45,586 bases of DNA from Fibrobacteria bacterium (GTDB lineage Bacteria > Fibrobacterota > Fibrobacteria > UBA11236): assembly GCA_043732185.1 (NCBI GenBank), contig JAYTHY010000004.1, forward strand, positions 1 through 45,586. Reading direction: 5' to 3'. Shown one piece after another: positions 1 through 9,438 of the stretch. A program made the position numbers and the translations under genes. Every line of letters starts with the position of its first letter. Position 1 is the stretch's first letter. The notes below the pieces were generated by a model. The model was not told the origin of the DNA and searched no databases. It saw only the letters and a program-made list of their open reading frames with translations.

Positions 1-1
1 G

Positions 2-70
2 CTGCTGGAAATCATCGAGGAAATGACTACTATCAACATGGGGCTCTTGAAAAATGACGCCATTGGGTAA
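2..70 (+). CDS. Possible 3' end of an upstream ORF (partial, ...LLEIIEEMTTINMGLLKNDAIG*)
   Basis: Frame is open from the window edge to TAA at 68-70 and encodes an amphipathic helical peptide. Too short to assign. Confidence 0.4.
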   Translation: MLEIIEEMTTINMGLLKNDAIG

Positions 71-94
71 CTGAGTGGGGGTTTCCGAAAGGCA

Positions 95-3000
95 TTGGTT
101 TTAGTGGATGTTTCTGCCCCCGTTGCTGTTGAAAGTGTTCATTTTATTGCGGATTCTACCAGCCTGTTTATCGGTGGCGCAACGGAAAATTTGGCAGTGA
201 TTGTATTACCCTCTATGGCCAACCAGAATGTCGTTTACACTTTGGGTGATACGGCCAAAGTGAACCTAGTAAATGGCGCCATCAAAGGCATGGTTGAGGG
301 CACGACCACGGTGGTAGTCAGCTCCGTCGAAAATCCTCTGAAGGCGGACACGTTGAAAGTCACCGTGCGCGCATTGCAGCATGTCACTGGAGTCAGTATT
401 GCACCCCACTCGCTTAAACTTTTTATTGGAGGCGTGACGGGCAGTTTAAGTGGATCGGTATTGCCTGCAACCTCAACCCAGAAAGTTCAATGGCAGTCGA
501 TGGATACAACAATCGCCAAAGTGGACGCGTCCGGTAAAGTGACAGCAATAACAGCTGGCGCCACACGAATTTTTGCACGCAGCCAAGCGGATAGCGCTAA
601 GAAAGACAGCGTGGATATTACCGTGAAACGGGATTCACCCCAAGTGACGGTTGGACATGACACCGTAGTCACAGTGGGAACTAACTTGACCTTTACCCCC
701 GTTGTCGCCCCTCAGGAATACGGCGTCGTCACTCAGTTTAAATGGGATTTGGACGGTAACTTGGTGTGGGATGATTCTTCTACTATCGTAAAATCCGTAT
801 CCTATAAATTTGACGTGGAAAAAGAATATGTGGTGCGTTTTTATGTGCGTGATACGGAAGGCAATGAAACCATTGTGTCCCAGAAAGTCAAAGCCACCAA
901 AGGCCCGACCGTAAACTTCATAACTCCGATTAGCACCGGCACCTATTTGACTCGGTCAAGCACCATTGATATTACCGGCGGATCCACAACACCTCAAGGC
1001 CCGGGGGCCATTAAAAAAGTGACCTATATGCTGGGCACCACGGTCGGCACCCTAAGTACAAATTTGGCCACCAACGGCACCGGCACTTGGTCGATTAGAG
1101 GCATGCCCCTAGTGAACAATGGGACCGTGGATATCAAGGTTATCGCCACGGACAGCTTTGGGATTTCGGGTCAGTCCATGCTTTCGATACTGATGGATTC
1201 GACTGCGCCTTCGATGCCGATTCTGTTGGGCACATCACCCACCGCATCCCTCCCGAAATGGACCTGGACTGCCGGCGGCGGCGGCACCGGTGACTTCCGA
1301 TTTAAACTCGGCGACGCTAATTTTTCAGGCACTGAGCCCACGGTCAAAGTGCTGGAATACGCGCTTGCCTCGGCAATTACCAAAACCATATATACCCTGT
1401 ACGTTGAAGAGCGTGATGTTGCCGGAAACTGGTCCTTGCCTGCCAGCCTTTCGATACTGTATGACCTTTCCAAACCGACTGTCAGCATCACCAAGCCGCA
1501 ATCCTCCGGCACTTACTTAACCCGGCTTGGAACCGTTGACCTGGCCGGTGGCACGACCAGTCCGCAAGGTACCGGAAACATCAAAACGCTAGTCTATACG
1601 ATTGACGGCGTGGCGGGAACCCTGGCAACGAATTTGTTAAGCGACGGCACTTGGTCCATCAAGGCTATACCCCTAGTGAACAATACGACCGTTGCGATAA
1701 GGGTTACGGCAACGGACAATCTTGGGAATCAAGGCGAAGCCACGGTGTCCGTATCCATGGATGCCACGGCACCCGCGTCTCCGGTATTGGTAACCCCTCC
1801 AGTTATAGTGAATAGTTCCGATGCCCGCACCAGCCTGCAATGGACTTGGAGCCGCACAGGAGCAGCCTCCGATTCCTTTATCGTAAAAATGAACGGGGTG
1901 GAAATCTCTAGACAAATTGGAATGTCGCATACGATAACTACCGTCGTAGATGGTAATTACCCGTTGGAAGTGGCTGAAATGGATTTGGCTGGAAATGTTT
2001 CCGGATACACGGTCGGAGCTACGGTACTAGTAGATAGAACCGCGCCAAGCGTTCCTAAGGTATTGGGCACCACGCCTACCGCGGTGCTTCCTAAATGGAC
2101 TTGGACCACAGGTGGCGGAGGCTCAGGGGATTTCCGATACAAGCTTGGTGATGCGACATTCGCCGGTACTGAACCCATTGTGCGAGTGCTTGAATACACA
2201 TTGTCCTCCGCAGTTTCCAAAGTGCTCTACTCTCTATATGTTGAGGAACGCGATGCAGCCGGGAACTGGTCACTGCCTTCCTATCTGTCCATCTCATACG
2301 ATTTAACCAAACCCATAGTAACGATTATAAAACCTCAATCCTCTGGCACTTATTTAACGCAAGCGGGAACCGTTGACGTAAGCGGTACATCATCCACTTC
2401 GCCTGGATCGGGTCCCATCAAAACTATAACCTATACGGTAAATGGGGTTGCCGGGGCTCTGGCAACCAACCTTCTCGGTGACGGATCGTGGTCTATCAAG
2501 GCTGTTCCATTGACTAATAATCAGACTGTTAACATTAATGTTATTGCAACGGATAACCTTGGGAATCAAGGCGAAGCCGCTGTGTCCGTATCCATGGATG
2601 CCACTGCGCCAAATGCGCCTTCAATTACAGCTGCACCTCCGACCATTGTGAACATTCAAAATGCGCCATCCAGTTTACTATGGACCTGGAAAGGCACCGG
2701 TGCAACGACGGATTTGTTTGTGATTAATGTCAATGGAAAAGAGGTTGCGCGGCAAAGTGGAACGAGCTATACCATTAGTAGTCCCTTTGCAGACGGTACG
2801 TATAAGTTTGATGTTTCCGAAATTGATTTGGCCGGAAATCCATCCAGCCCAACGCCCAACATTGTGAACGTGGACCGGATTGCTCCAAGTGCGCCAAATT
2901 TATACCAGCCGAAAAGCCCAGATACGTCGGCCACTTGGAATTGGGATCGTGGCGCGGGTGGAACGGGTACACCCCAATGCAAATTGGGATCGGGAGGGAC

Positions 3001-4258
3001 CGTTACGAACTGTCCAAGTCAAAACTCCTATACTTTGTTAAAGCCCGTCGACGGTGATTATGATCTGTGGGTACGCGAAATTGATGCTGCTGGCAATTTC
3101 AGCGACTGGGCCACCAAAACGGTGACCATTGATTTGGTGAAACCGACATTGACTTTGAACAATTACCAAACGGTTCCAAAACAAATCACAAACACCATCA
3201 AGCCTTTTTCGGTGACGGCTAGTGATTTAAGGCTGAAAAATGTTCAGTTTCAGGTTGGCACAGGCAGTTTTGTTGCAGCCACTGACACCAAAGATGGGAA
3301 ATGGATTTTTACACCGACGACTCTTACCGATGGGTTAACTCAGGCTGTCACTATTCGTGCAGAAGATTCGGCCGGAAATCAAACAAGTCTTTCAGTTCAG
3401 ATAACCTACCTATCAAAAGTTGTATTTGTTCGTCAGGGTGTAACTGGTGGTGCACAAGATGGTACCTCATGGGCGGATGCGTTTCCAGAGCTTGGACCCG
3501 TTCTGGTGACTGGAGCGACGTACCCTGGGAAAGCGAATATCTGGGTTACTGAAGGGACTTATGTTCCGGCATCTGCAGAAGGATTTATTTTCAAATCAAG
3601 TATTTCCATAAATGGTGGATTTGCAAATGAAGGGACTAACAGAACATTATCCGAAAGGGATCTTTTAATCAATAAATCGATGCTAAAAAATCATCCCCTT
3701 GGAGGTGCGGTGTTTTCAAATGGGTGGAACTCGCCTACTACCGGAGATCATTTTGAATCCGATTTTGGATTAACAGATTTTACCATTGTTGGAGGGGATG
3801 CACCAATTAATATCAACTTGGGCAAAAAAGTGGTTTTAACAAATATCGTATGTAATAATTTACACGTTATACAGGTGATTCACATTGCAGAATCGTCAGT
3901 TGACATATTAAATTCTGAGTTTTTTGGGAATGTTACGGCCGAAGGTCCTATAATGATAATCTCGTCCAATGTCAGAATTCGAAATACTAAAATATCGAGT
4001 AATGTATCGCGCGATGTGGGAGGTGGTATTTCCTTCGGTTCAGGAAATTTGTGTGCAGGAAGTAGTTCAATTATTACGGGAAATGAGAATCTTGTTTCAA
4101 GTGGCACCCCCGAGCCTTTGGAGGTCCTAATGGGTTGGTTGGGAGCAGCCTTCTCTCGCGAGTCAAATGTAACTATCGGTCCTGGTGGTATAGTTGATCC
4201 AGCTGGGCTCAGTGCCGGAAAAATCACTATTGTAACTTCTTGCCCAGCTCCATTTTAA
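95..4258 (+). CDS. Large surface/adhesin-like protein: 2x Big_2 Ig, PKD, about 9 further Ig-like repeats, C-terminal right-handed beta-helix (pectin-lyase-like). 5' end appears missing
   Basis: Big_2-type VTGVSI...VLP...GKVTA repeats; PKD-like FKWDLDG; repeated D.AGN.S and D.TAP junctions; FV..G...DGTSWADAF...IWVTEGTY beta-helix entry motif from about 3416. No signal peptide, and an in-frame stop lies at 68-70. Confidence 0.8.
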   Translation: MVLVDVSAPVAVESVHFIADSTSLFIGGATENLAVIVLPSMANQNVVYTLGDTAKVNLVNGAIKGMVEGTTTVVVSSVENPLKADTLKVTVRALQHVTGVSIAPHSLKLFIGGVTGSLSGSVLPATSTQKVQWQSMDTTIAKVDASGKVTAITAGATRIFARSQADSAKKDSVDITVKRDSPQVTVGHDTVVTVGTNLTFTPVVAPQEYGVVTQFKWDLDGNLVWDDSSTIVKSVSYKFDVEKEYVVRFYVRDTEGNETIVSQKVKATKGPTVNFITPISTGTYLTRSSTIDITGGSTTPQGPGAIKKVTYMLGTTVGTLSTNLATNGTGTWSIRGMPLVNNGTVDIKVIATDSFGISGQSMLSILMDSTAPSMPILLGTSPTASLPKWTWTAGGGGTGDFRFKLGDANFSGTEPTVKVLEYALASAITKTIYTLYVEERDVAGNWSLPASLSILYDLSKPTVSITKPQSSGTYLTRLGTVDLAGGTTSPQGTGNIKTLVYTIDGVAGTLATNLLSDGTWSIKAIPLVNNTTVAIRVTATDNLGNQGEATVSVSMDATAPASPVLVTPPVIVNSSDARTSLQWTWSRTGAASDSFIVKMNGVEISRQIGMSHTITTVVDGNYPLEVAEMDLAGNVSGYTVGATVLVDRTAPSVPKVLGTTPTAVLPKWTWTTGGGGSGDFRYKLGDATFAGTEPIVRVLEYTLSSAVSKVLYSLYVEERDAAGNWSLPSYLSISYDLTKPIVTIIKPQSSGTYLTQAGTVDVSGTSSTSPGSGPIKTITYTVNGVAGALATNLLGDGSWSIKAVPLTNNQTVNINVIATDNLGNQGEAAVSVSMDATAPNAPSITAAPPTIVNIQNAPSSLLWTWKGTGATTDLFVINVNGKEVARQSGTSYTISSPFADGTYKFDVSEIDLAGNPSSPTPNIVNVDRIAPSAPNLYQPKSPDTSATWNWDRGAGGTGTPQCKLGSGGTVTNCPSQNSYTLLKPVDGDYDLWVREIDAAGNFSDWATKTVTIDLVKPTLTLNNYQTVPKQITNTIKPFSVTASDLRLKNVQFQVGTGSFVAATDTKDGKWIFTPTTLTDGLTQAVTIRAEDSAGNQTSLSVQITYLSKVVFVRQGVTGGAQDGTSWADAFPELGPVLVTGATYPGKANIWVTEGTYVPASAEGFIFKSSISINGGFANEGTNRTLSERDLLINKSMLKNHPLGGAVFSNGWNSPTTGDHFESDFGLTDFTIVGGDAPININLGKKVVLTNIVCNNLHVIQVIHIAESSVDILNSEFFGNVTAEGPIMIISSNVRIRNTKISSNVSRDVGGGISFGSGNLCAGSSSIITGNENLVSSGTPEPLEVLMGWLGAAFSRESNVTIGPGGIVDPAGLSAGKITIVTSCPAPF
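1199..2875 (+). repeat. Internal tandem duplication of a three-Ig-domain unit (about 837 bp period)
   Basis: Units are 1199-2035 and 2036-2875. CTTGGGAATCAAGGCGAAGCC..GTGTCCGTATCCATGGATGCCAC occurs at 1721 and 2558. Confidence 0.85.
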
Positions 4259-4324
4259 ATTCGAAAAAGATTTCAGTCAAAAATGGTTAATTTGAAATAA
4301 CCATAGAATCAAAATCACCAAATA

Positions 4325-4352
4325 AAAAACCGGATTTTAACATCCGGTTTTT
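4325..4352. terminator. Bidirectional intrinsic terminator
   Basis: AAAAACCGGAT-TTTAAC-ATCCGGTTTTT between convergent genes. Confidence 0.85.
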
Positions 4353-4373
4353 CCTTCAATTTTCAGTTTATCT

Positions 4374-5900
4374 TTAATCTTTATTACTGAAATACTCACG
4401 TTGAAAAGGCATTCCCTGGCCCTTATGACCACCGCCCTTACGTTTTCCTGGACCCTGGGAGCTCCCCTTGCCGTCCTGATTATTTCGGCCATGCCCATTG
4501 CCTTCAACATTTTGGTTAGCGGCAGGTCTTAAGGCAGGATTGGCTCCAGAAGCTTGTGCGTATCCGGATGAAGCGGGTGTGCGCGGAAGGTGGGATACAT
4601 GTGTATCATTGCGGTTACTGGAACTGCGCACACCATTTCCATTGCCGTTACCGCCATGTCGGTTCCTAGATTGATTTTGTCCACCCGAACGCGATGCATT
4701 TGCATTATGGTCTGGGCGTCGCTGTCTTCCATTATCCGCACCTCGGGATTCACGTGGTGCCTGGATCATGACTGTGTCGAATTCTGGAGTGGCGACTACA
4801 TTAATACGCTTTTTGATAAGTCGTTCGATGCCGGCGAGTAACCCGCGATCATCTGGCCCACAAAAAGAAAGAGAAATACCGGAGGCTCCAGCCCGCGCTG
4901 TTCTGCCAATGCGATGCACGTATGTTTCAGGCTCGGCAGGTAGATCGTAATTGACCACATGAGTGATATCGTCGACATCGATTCCGCGAGCGGCTAGATC
5001 CGTCGCTACTAGTACGCGCGTTGTGCCGTCCTTGAAATTGGCCAGGGACCGCTGTCTCGCTCCTTGTGATTTATTTCCATGAATGGCTTCAGATGGAATA
5101 TTGTTTGCATCCAGTGCTTTGCGCAATCGATCTGCTCCATGCTTTGTCCGAGTAAATACCAAAGCCCGGCGCACGGATGGATCTGAAAGTACATGTTTGA
5201 GCAAAGCAGATTTGGAATCTTGCCGCACAAAGTAAAGTCCCTGTTCGATTTTATCCACTGTTGAGGAGACGGGCGTCACTTCCACCTTTACGGGGTTGTG
5301 CAATAAGTTGTCCGCCAGTTTTCGGATTTCCGTGGGCATGGTCGCGGAAAAAAGTAAGGTCTGTCGTTTCGCAGGCAGCAATGCGCTGATGCGTCTAACG
5401 TCATTGACAAATCCCATGTCCAACATGCGATCGGCTTCATCGAGAATAAAGATTTCTACATGGCTTAAAGTCAAAGCACGCTGACCAAGCAAGTCGATTA
5501 AGCGTCCAGGTGTGGCAATCAAAATATCTACGCCGCGGCGCAGCTTGGCCTTTTGCGGACTGTCACCTACACCGCCGAAAATAACGGTATTCCGCAAGGG
5601 AAGATTCACTCCATAGGAATTAAAATTTTCCTCGATTTGGGCAGCCAATTCACGGGTTGGCGTCAATACCAAGGCTCGAATGCAGTTTGGTACTTGTGGT
5701 TTGCTTGCCATTAGGTTTTGGATGACCGGCAATGCAAACGCGGCAGTCTTTCCAGTTCCAGTTTGTGCGCAGCCGATGAGGTCGCGTCCCTCAAGAATAG
5801 GCGGAATCGCTGCTGCTTGGATCGGTGACGGTTTCGTGTAGCCTTGGGCTTCCACGGCGGATAAAATGGACGGAATAAGATTCAAATCTTTGAAAAGCAC
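4374..5900 (-). CDS. rhlE: DEAD-box ATP-dependent RNA helicase (RhlE-like) with a disordered G/N/R-rich tail
   Basis: Q-motif PSPIQ, AQTGTGKT, PTRELA, DEAD, SAT and HRIGRTAR motifs. AAGGAG RBS before the GTG start. Confidence 0.9.
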   Translation of the reverse strand: MLFKDLNLIPSILSAVEAQGYTKPSPIQAAAIPPILEGRDLIGCAQTGTGKTAAFALPVIQNLMASKPQVPNCIRALVLTPTRELAAQIEENFNSYGVNLPLRNTVIFGGVGDSPQKAKLRRGVDILIATPGRLIDLLGQRALTLSHVEIFILDEADRMLDMGFVNDVRRISALLPAKRQTLLFSATMPTEIRKLADNLLHNPVKVEVTPVSSTVDKIEQGLYFVRQDSKSALLKHVLSDPSVRRALVFTRTKHGADRLRKALDANNIPSEAIHGNKSQGARQRSLANFKDGTTRVLVATDLAARGIDVDDITHVVNYDLPAEPETYVHRIGRTARAGASGISLSFCGPDDRGLLAGIERLIKKRINVVATPEFDTVMIQAPRESRGADNGRQRRPDHNANASRSGGQNQSRNRHGGNGNGNGVRSSSNRNDTHVSHLPRTPASSGYAQASGANPALRPAANQNVEGNGHGRNNQDGKGSSQGPGKRKGGGHKGQGMPFQREYFSNKD

Positions 5901-6280
5901 TTGGCGCTCCTTTTACGCTTCGGTATGGTTACAGGGGTCACCGGGTCCTGAGTGAAGTCCCCCTAGGACCGGTTCCTGAATTTTTTACGTGGGAGGAGGA
6001 TGAAGTCGGATCCTAATCCATGAAGGCAAGCAAAAGAGGGGGAATCGCGCTAGCCTGATAGAAGAGTACTAATGAAAGTCCTTTCTCCACAGCCTTTTGG
6101 AGTCCAAACATTATCAGGCTTACCTCTATCTAATCACTTGAAAAAAATGGAATGGCGGTTTTTTCCTTTTTTGAGGTGAAATATCGCAAGACAAGCTAAA
6201 GATTTCAGGCTAATTTTTTCTTTAATAGGTGCTGCCAAAATGGCGCCCCTTTGAATCCAATTCGTATAAGGAGTGATACA

Positions 6281-7741
6281 ATGGAACGGTATGTAAGGTT
6301 CAGTGAACAAGCAAGTCGCTTGAAATATTTGTTTATGTGTTCAGTCTTTCTCGTCCTATCGGCTGTACCGGTATTAGCTGATGCCAATTTAAAAGTTTCC
6401 GGTGTGGCCTGGACTCAGTACCAAGAGGGTATGACCCATATGTACAAAGGCGCTACCAACTTCGATTACAATCCCTTTTTTAATACGGGTGGTTTGATTT
6501 TTTTGGGTGGAGAACCGGCCGAAAACTGGACAACCAACCTTAGCCTTGGCGTGGGATTCGGCAACTCAGCTATGAAAAAAACTTTGAAGGATACCTCAGG
6601 CAGTGTTGTTGGGAAAACAGATCCAAAAAGTCTTAGTCTCGGTATGGGGGGCTTTCTATATGAGGCAAGCATTTCTTTCCACACGAGTGAATTTGGCCTA
6701 AAGATTGGAAAATTTCATTATTCATATTCTGATTACAATCACAATATGGGATTGTATCTTTTGCGTGGGCCTGTTTATCCTGGGTTTCTATACTCCGGAT
6801 TCGATGAAATTGGGGGTTTAACCAAGACTGGACTATTGCTTTCCTTGTCCCCGAATGAATCATTTCATTGGGATGTGCTTACAGCATTCGAAACAGATTT
6901 TAAACCTTATATGGATATTAACTTGTCCAGTTTTCTGTCATATAGCGTTGGACCTATTGAAATGGGAACGGGGTTTGAATCACAACGGCTAGTTGAGTTT
7001 AATTCTTGTGTAACTTCGCCAAAAGGCAATGCTGATGTTGAGGAATGTCTTGGAGGCGAAGTTCCGCCGGGGTACGTTGGACCAGGCGCTGATTTATATA
7101 AAGGTGCTTTTATGGTAATAGATACGACGGCTCTAGCGACGGGCGGCAAAGCTGATACTACCACTTATTCTTTAGCTGGCACCAAAGTGATGCTACGTGG
7201 TGCGTTGGACCTTAAGAAAATAATGACAGGATACGTTGGAGGCCAAAAAGATTTCGTGTTCTATTTTGAAGCAGCATTACTCGGAATTAAAGACTACCCT
7301 CACATTTATGAAAAAAAGGGTGAACGAATTCCAGTACTTTTTGGTATGAATATCCCAACATATGGTGGGCTTGATTTATTATCTCTTGAATTTGAATATT
7401 ACAATGCGCCATTTCAGAACGATCCATACAAACTGGTGGGAGCTTATGACCTTTTTAGCTTTGGAGAAGGAAACAACATAAATTACGCTATGTCGCCCAT
7501 CCCACCTTCCAATAAAGCTGGTGCCGAGCATTTAAGAAAAACGCAAATAGACTTCGATCCAAGTAAGGATAATTTGAAATGGTCGCTATTAGCTGTTAAA
7601 TCGATCCACAAAAAGATTACCTTCAAGGCTCAAATTGCAAGTGATCATTGGCGCATTCCAAATGGTAATTTAGTGCAATATGAAGCTGCGGCCAATCCGG
7701 GCCAGTTCTATGGATCCCTAAAAGTCGTTTATTCACTATAA
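6281..7741 (+). CDS. Hypothetical exported protein, probably an outer-membrane beta-barrel
   Basis: AAGGAG RBS before ATG 6281 (ORF track starts at 6251). Signal peptide ending VLA|D, alternating aromatic beta-strands, C-terminus YGSLKVVYSL. Confidence 0.6.
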   Translation: MERYVRFSEQASRLKYLFMCSVFLVLSAVPVLADANLKVSGVAWTQYQEGMTHMYKGATNFDYNPFFNTGGLIFLGGEPAENWTTNLSLGVGFGNSAMKKTLKDTSGSVVGKTDPKSLSLGMGGFLYEASISFHTSEFGLKIGKFHYSYSDYNHNMGLYLLRGPVYPGFLYSGFDEIGGLTKTGLLLSLSPNESFHWDVLTAFETDFKPYMDINLSSFLSYSVGPIEMGTGFESQRLVEFNSCVTSPKGNADVEECLGGEVPPGYVGPGADLYKGAFMVIDTTALATGGKADTTTYSLAGTKVMLRGALDLKKIMTGYVGGQKDFVFYFEAALLGIKDYPHIYEKKGERIPVLFGMNIPTYGGLDLLSLEFEYYNAPFQNDPYKLVGAYDLFSFGEGNNINYAMSPIPPSNKAGAEHLRKTQIDFDPSKDNLKWSLLAVKSIHKKITFKAQIASDHWRIPNGNLVQYEAAANPGQFYGSLKVVYSL

Positions 7742-7823
7742 ATTAGTCGTTTATCCCCTATACCAGGATTACAGTTGGCAGTATTATATGATGAGCAGAC
7801 CAATTTCTAAAAGAGGGCCAATT

Positions 7824-9245
7824 ATGGGTAGGATTTTTCTGACTATTTTCATCACTTTAAGTGTTGGGTTTTCACAAGTAGTAAAGAGTAAGCTGAACGG
7901 TATGACCATTTATGTCAATAATGGCGTATCTGGTGATCACCAAGCTGGTTTTGACGGCTTTATTTCGATGTTAAATCTTAATAAAGCTACCTACGGATAC
8001 AATTTGGAATATTCAAATTTAGCCCTAAACCGGACACAGTTGGATTCTGTTTTCAACAGGCTTTATAAGGCTCCCGGGCAGCCGAAACCGGCCAAACCCA
8101 TTGATATTCTGATTTTTTGCCAAGGTCAAGGGGATGAAAACGTCGCTGGGGGACCATTGAGTGCCCCATATCCTGGCGCTACAATACGAATGGCAATGGT
8201 TAGAACTCATGTTCAATCAGGCGGGGGATTCATTTCAGTGCATGCCGCACATGGGCGTGATGTCTCTTCTGGAAATTGGGCATTTGGTTCGATGTTGTAT
8301 ACAGATTGGTTCGTTGACGGTTATCTCTCTGCAGACACAGTAACTGGTGGCGAGAATGGCGGTCATTACCCATCTGGGACACGTGCCAACTATACTTTGG
8401 ACAACCAAACACTGCCCAATATGGATTCATCAGTATATTTCATTAGGAAATTACAAACCCGTCCAAAAGTGTCACTTGGCTATGGACAACCCTTGATTGT
8501 CTCTGGGCTCGGTGGTGAATGGTATCATTTTAATGGTGGTTTTAGGTATGAAAACGGTCAGGGAGGCGCTGTTTCAAATAGTGGAAACAAATTTAAACCT
8601 GTACAGGTAAGGGGGAATTTAGGTGTGCCTGATAGCGGAATTGGTCCATCCAAAATAATCGGTGTGCTGACAAAAATAACTGCCACTACGACTCATGGTT
8701 CCAGTTATATACCTCCGGGTCAGGGTCGGCCTTCAGTTTGGGTGCGAGAAGTTAGTCCGGGGGTCTTTGATCCAAAAGCATCGGCTACCAATGGACGCTT
8801 TGCCTTTTTTAATCCTGGCCATGCACCAGAAGAGTGGACAGCTACAAATGGAAATTTCTGGATAAGAGACTTTTTCCTATCCACACTTCGTTGGGTGGTG
8901 AAAGACGACCGTGGTTGCACGGATTCGACTAAAGTCAATTTCAACGCATTGGCCACAGTCAATGATGGAACCTGTCTTCCTGTTAGCATTATGCATTCTG
9001 CCGAATTAACCGCGGACGACTCAAAACTACTCGGCCACATCTCCATGGAAAGCTCGGCACTCGTGATTTCTGTGGAGCATGCCGGACCGCATAGCTATAA
9101 GGTCGCTGGACTTGATGGCAAGGTCCTTTTCCAAAAAAACGGAAACGGAATTCAAAAATATTCTATTCCGTCTCTAAAAAAAGGTATCTACCTAGTACAA
9201 GTTGAAGTACAGGGCAAATCTTTTACGAAAAGTGTCTCACTGTAA
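7824..9245 (+). CDS. Secreted ThuA-like (class I GATase-like fold) protein with a GCTD repeat and T9SS type-A-like C-terminal domain
   Basis: Signal peptide; GGGFISVHAA, GEWYHF and FFNPGH ThuA-like motifs; GCTDSTKVNFNALATVNDGTC; tail DGKVL...LKKGIYLVQV...TKSVSL. Start chosen from the RBS (ORF track 7788). Confidence 0.65.
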   Translation: MGRIFLTIFITLSVGFSQVVKSKLNGMTIYVNNGVSGDHQAGFDGFISMLNLNKATYGYNLEYSNLALNRTQLDSVFNRLYKAPGQPKPAKPIDILIFCQGQGDENVAGGPLSAPYPGATIRMAMVRTHVQSGGGFISVHAAHGRDVSSGNWAFGSMLYTDWFVDGYLSADTVTGGENGGHYPSGTRANYTLDNQTLPNMDSSVYFIRKLQTRPKVSLGYGQPLIVSGLGGEWYHFNGGFRYENGQGGAVSNSGNKFKPVQVRGNLGVPDSGIGPSKIIGVLTKITATTTHGSSYIPPGQGRPSVWVREVSPGVFDPKASATNGRFAFFNPGHAPEEWTATNGNFWIRDFFLSTLRWVVKDDRGCTDSTKVNFNALATVNDGTCLPVSIMHSAELTADDSKLLGHISMESSALVISVEHAGPHSYKVAGLDGKVLFQKNGNGIQKYSIPSLKKGIYLVQVEVQGKSFTKSVSL

Positions 9246-9301
9246 GTAAAAACCCTACTTGGCACCCAGCTGCAAGCGCTGGACAACCTACCCATCAACT
9301 C

Positions 9302-9332
9302 AAAACCCCCTCATAACCTGAGGGGGTTTTTT
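9302..9332 (+). terminator. Intrinsic terminator
   Basis: AAAACCCCCTCA-TAACC-TGAGGGGGTTTT followed by TT. Confidence 0.85.
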
Positions 9333-9375
9333 AATGTCAACTCAAAATTCCGTACTTACCTATTCGATTCAGGAC

Positions 9376-9405
9376 AAAAAAATCCCCTCAGGTTATGAGG
9401 GGATT
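9376..9405 (-). terminator. Intrinsic terminator, an inverted near-copy of the 9302-9332 hairpin
   Basis: Minus strand reads AATCCCCTCA-TAACC-TGAGGGGATTTTTTT. Confidence 0.85.
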
Positions 9406-9438
9406 CCGAATTTTCGCCACTGTCTCAAAGTCTAAGCC

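Noticed and set aside
6053..6061. GCCTGATAG match to the 5' end of tRNA-Asn
   Set aside because: Only 9 nt with no cloverleaf around it. It is explained as one arm of the local inverted repeat.
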